A stretch of 62,238 nt of DNA, filler included, from Chiloscyllium plagiosum (lineage: Eukaryota), in NCBI RefSeq assembly GCF_004010195.1. It is 4 parts of one record of this genome, joined end to end, with 100 filler letters (N's around TTAATTAATTAA, not from the genome) between each part and the next. Parts side by side here need not be neighbours in the genome. Positions count along the whole stretch, not along the records: positions 54,694 to 62,238 come from NC_057714.1; 3 more parts are not named here. The stretch is one strand, 5' to 3'. Below the pieces are notes generated by a model. That model made no database searches. It was given only the letters and a program-made list of their open reading frames with translations, and had not been told where the DNA came from. Of this stretch, positions 60,220 through 62,238 are shown piece after piece (position 1 is the first letter of the stretch; every line of letters begins with the position of its first letter). The position numbers were made by a program, and so were the translations under genes.

Positions 60220-61175
60220 TCTTTAAAATACTTGCATTTTTCTCTTACTTGCAGGTTATACTCACACACTCTTTTTAGGATTCCTTCTAAAGTTTTAAAA
60301 TCATGGATTTTCCAAAGAGAATCCAGTAATCAGAATATCATCCAGATCACACTGGATTCCTGGTAACCCACTCAATATTGATCCATGGTCCCCTGGAACA
60401 TAGCCAGCACTGACATGATGCTAAAACCAAGCTGTTTGTAGGGGAAATGTTCCCAAGTATCAGTATCATCAGCGGTGGTTAAGACTCCTTTGGCCTGTGA
60501 CAGATCCATTTTGAAAATTTCCATTCCCCATGTCAGTCCACTGGATATGTTACCTCCGAGTGGAAGGGGAGGTAATGATCCACTTTTAGGCCTGGTTGGC
60601 TGTGATCTTTTTGATCACCACAAATCCTCAGCTGTCATCTGTGTTTAAGTCCGGAATGATGGGAGTAGCAGATTTGGTTCCAACGCTCTCAGGTTCACCA
60701 GCCATTCCAGCTCCACCTTCACCTTAGGCCAGATGGCATCGGGTACCGGGTGCACCTTCAGACTCTTGGGATGAGGCTTCACCTGTAAATTAGTGTCAAC
60801 TCCTTTCATTTCCTGCAGAGTTCCTTTGAAGACATCTTTGTACCTGTACAGGATCTCTTGCAAACTGATGTTCAAGTCCACCAACCTATCAACCATTCCT
60901 CAATTCAATCTTAATTTTTAGAACCTGGAGTATCCGAATAATGCAGGGTATTTGCCTTTAACTAGATAAAGTGGCAATTCTGCACCCTGGTCCCTTAACT
61001 GTACTTTCAGCAGTACATAGCCCTTCAGTGGCATAACTTGTTCCGTGTATACCCGTTGTATATACCTTGACAGGCTTCAACGACAGTGCTGTCCATTTCT
61101 CTCAACAGACCGATTTGGGAATCAGGGACACCACTGCGCCCGTATCCAATTTTACTGTCTCTCCCTCTACTTTAG
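60220..61175 (-). mobile_element. Gypsy pol fragment (protease and RT N-terminus)
   Basis: LDTGAVVSLIP (~61115-61150), YKDVFKGTL..PVPDAIWPKVKVELEWL. Confidence 0.75.
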
Positions 61176-61187
61176 GAAGAACCCTTG

Positions 61188-61510
61188 TGGGCGGACGGTG
61201 GCACAGTGGTTAGCACTGCTGCCTCACAGCGCCAGAAACCCGGGTTCAATTCCCGCCTCAGGCGACTGACTGTGTGGAGTTTGCACGTTCTCCCTGTGTC
61301 TGCGTGGGATTCCTCCGGGTGCTCCGGTTTCCTCCCACAATCCAAAAGATGTGCAGGTCAGGTGAATTGGCCATGCTAAATTGCCCGTAGTGTTAGGTTA
61401 GGGGTAAATGTAGGGGTAGGGGTATGGGTGGGTTGCGCTTCGGCGGGGCGGTGTGGACTTGTTGGGCCGAAGGGCCTGTTTCCACACTGTAAGTAATCTA
61501 ATCTAATCTA
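61188..61510 (+). mobile_element. Full-length tRNA-derived SINE (HE1-like)
   Basis: GGTGGCACAGTGGTTAGC A box, GGGTTCAATTCC B box, (ATCTA)n tail. Confidence 0.9.
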
Positions 61511-61779
61511 ACCCAGAAATGATTGATTTCATCCTGCAGTGACACCCTAGAATCCTAGAACTCTTACAGTATGGCAACAGGCCATTTGGTCCAACAAGTA
61601 CACAGCAACTCTTCAAAGAGCAGTCCACTCAGAATCACCCCTCCATCCTATCCCTGTAACCCTGAATTTCCTATGGCTAATCCATCTAACCTTCATATCC
61701 CTGAACAAAATGGATAATTTTATCATGGACAATCCACCCAACCGTCCACCTCGTAACAGGCTGTTGAACTGAAACTCTG

Positions 61780-62238
61780 CTGACATTAACTGCCTCAACC
61801 TGTCTACCCCCCTCCCCCACTCCAACCTCTCACCCTCACAACGCGCAGCCCTCCAATCCCTCTGCTCAAATCCTGACCTCACCATCAAGCCAGCGGACAA
61901 AGGGGGCGCAGTGGTAGTCTGGCGCACTGACTCCTACATCGCTGAAGCCAAACGCCAACTCGAGGACACCTCTTCCTACCGCCCCCTTGACCATGACCCC
62001 ACCCCCCATCACCAAACCATCATCTCCCAGACCATACAGAACCTCATCACCTCAGGAGATCCCCCACCCACAGCTTCCAACCTCATAGTCCGGGAACCCC
62101 GCACTGCCCGGTTCTACCTCCTTCCCAAGATCCACAAGCCTGACCAACCTGGCCGACCCATTGTCTCAGCATGCTCCTGCCCAACTGAACTCATTTCTAC
62201 CTACCTCGACACTGTCCTATCCCCCCTAGTCCAGAAAC
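61780..62238 (+). mobile_element. Penelope-like element RT N-terminal region, open to window end
   Basis: PDLTIKPADKGGAVVVW..RFYLLPKIHKPDQPGRPIVS, the typical PLE RT start. Confidence 0.9.

Noticed and set aside
61188..61262. tRNA gene-like A/B boxes (also 10115, 28899, 44700, 59060)
   Set aside because: Each continues into a shared SINE body and tail; these are SINE heads, not tRNA genes.

Overview
Eukaryotic (vertebrate) genomic DNA from a gapped scaffold. The repeat landscape (dense CR1-clade LINEs, tRNA-derived SINEs with (ATCTA)n tails, Penelope-like elements, a 33-bp satellite) suggests a shark or other cartilaginous fish; this is an inference. Two convergent spliced genes can be reconstructed by hand. 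On the + strand are the last two coding exons of an F-type lectin (fucolectin), 1391-1670 and 4180-4321, with an intact fucose-binding motif and a polyA signal. On the - strand are five exons of an EGF-repeat, probably extracellular, protein (VWDE-like): one calcium-binding-type EGF, three short EGF repeats and a terminal exon, spanning 28273 down to 10941; its 5' part was not found. Nearly everything else is mobile or repetitive: CR1-type LINEs of at least two families, a Rex1/Babar LINE, SINEs, two TA-flanked MITEs, Penelope-like elements carrying minimal hammerhead ribozyme cores, a Gmr1-like Gypsy element, other LTR fragments and several satellites. The most interesting structure is a 3.4-kb 33-bp satellite whose higher-order unit carries a Penelope-hammerhead/CR1 chimeric spacer. 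There is also a CR1-derived 110-bp higher-order repeat, fold-back Penelope insertions, and a microhomology-flanked local templated insertion. No prokaryotic-type system (e.g. CRISPR) is supported. TE boundaries are approximate and family names come from motif recognition, not database searches.
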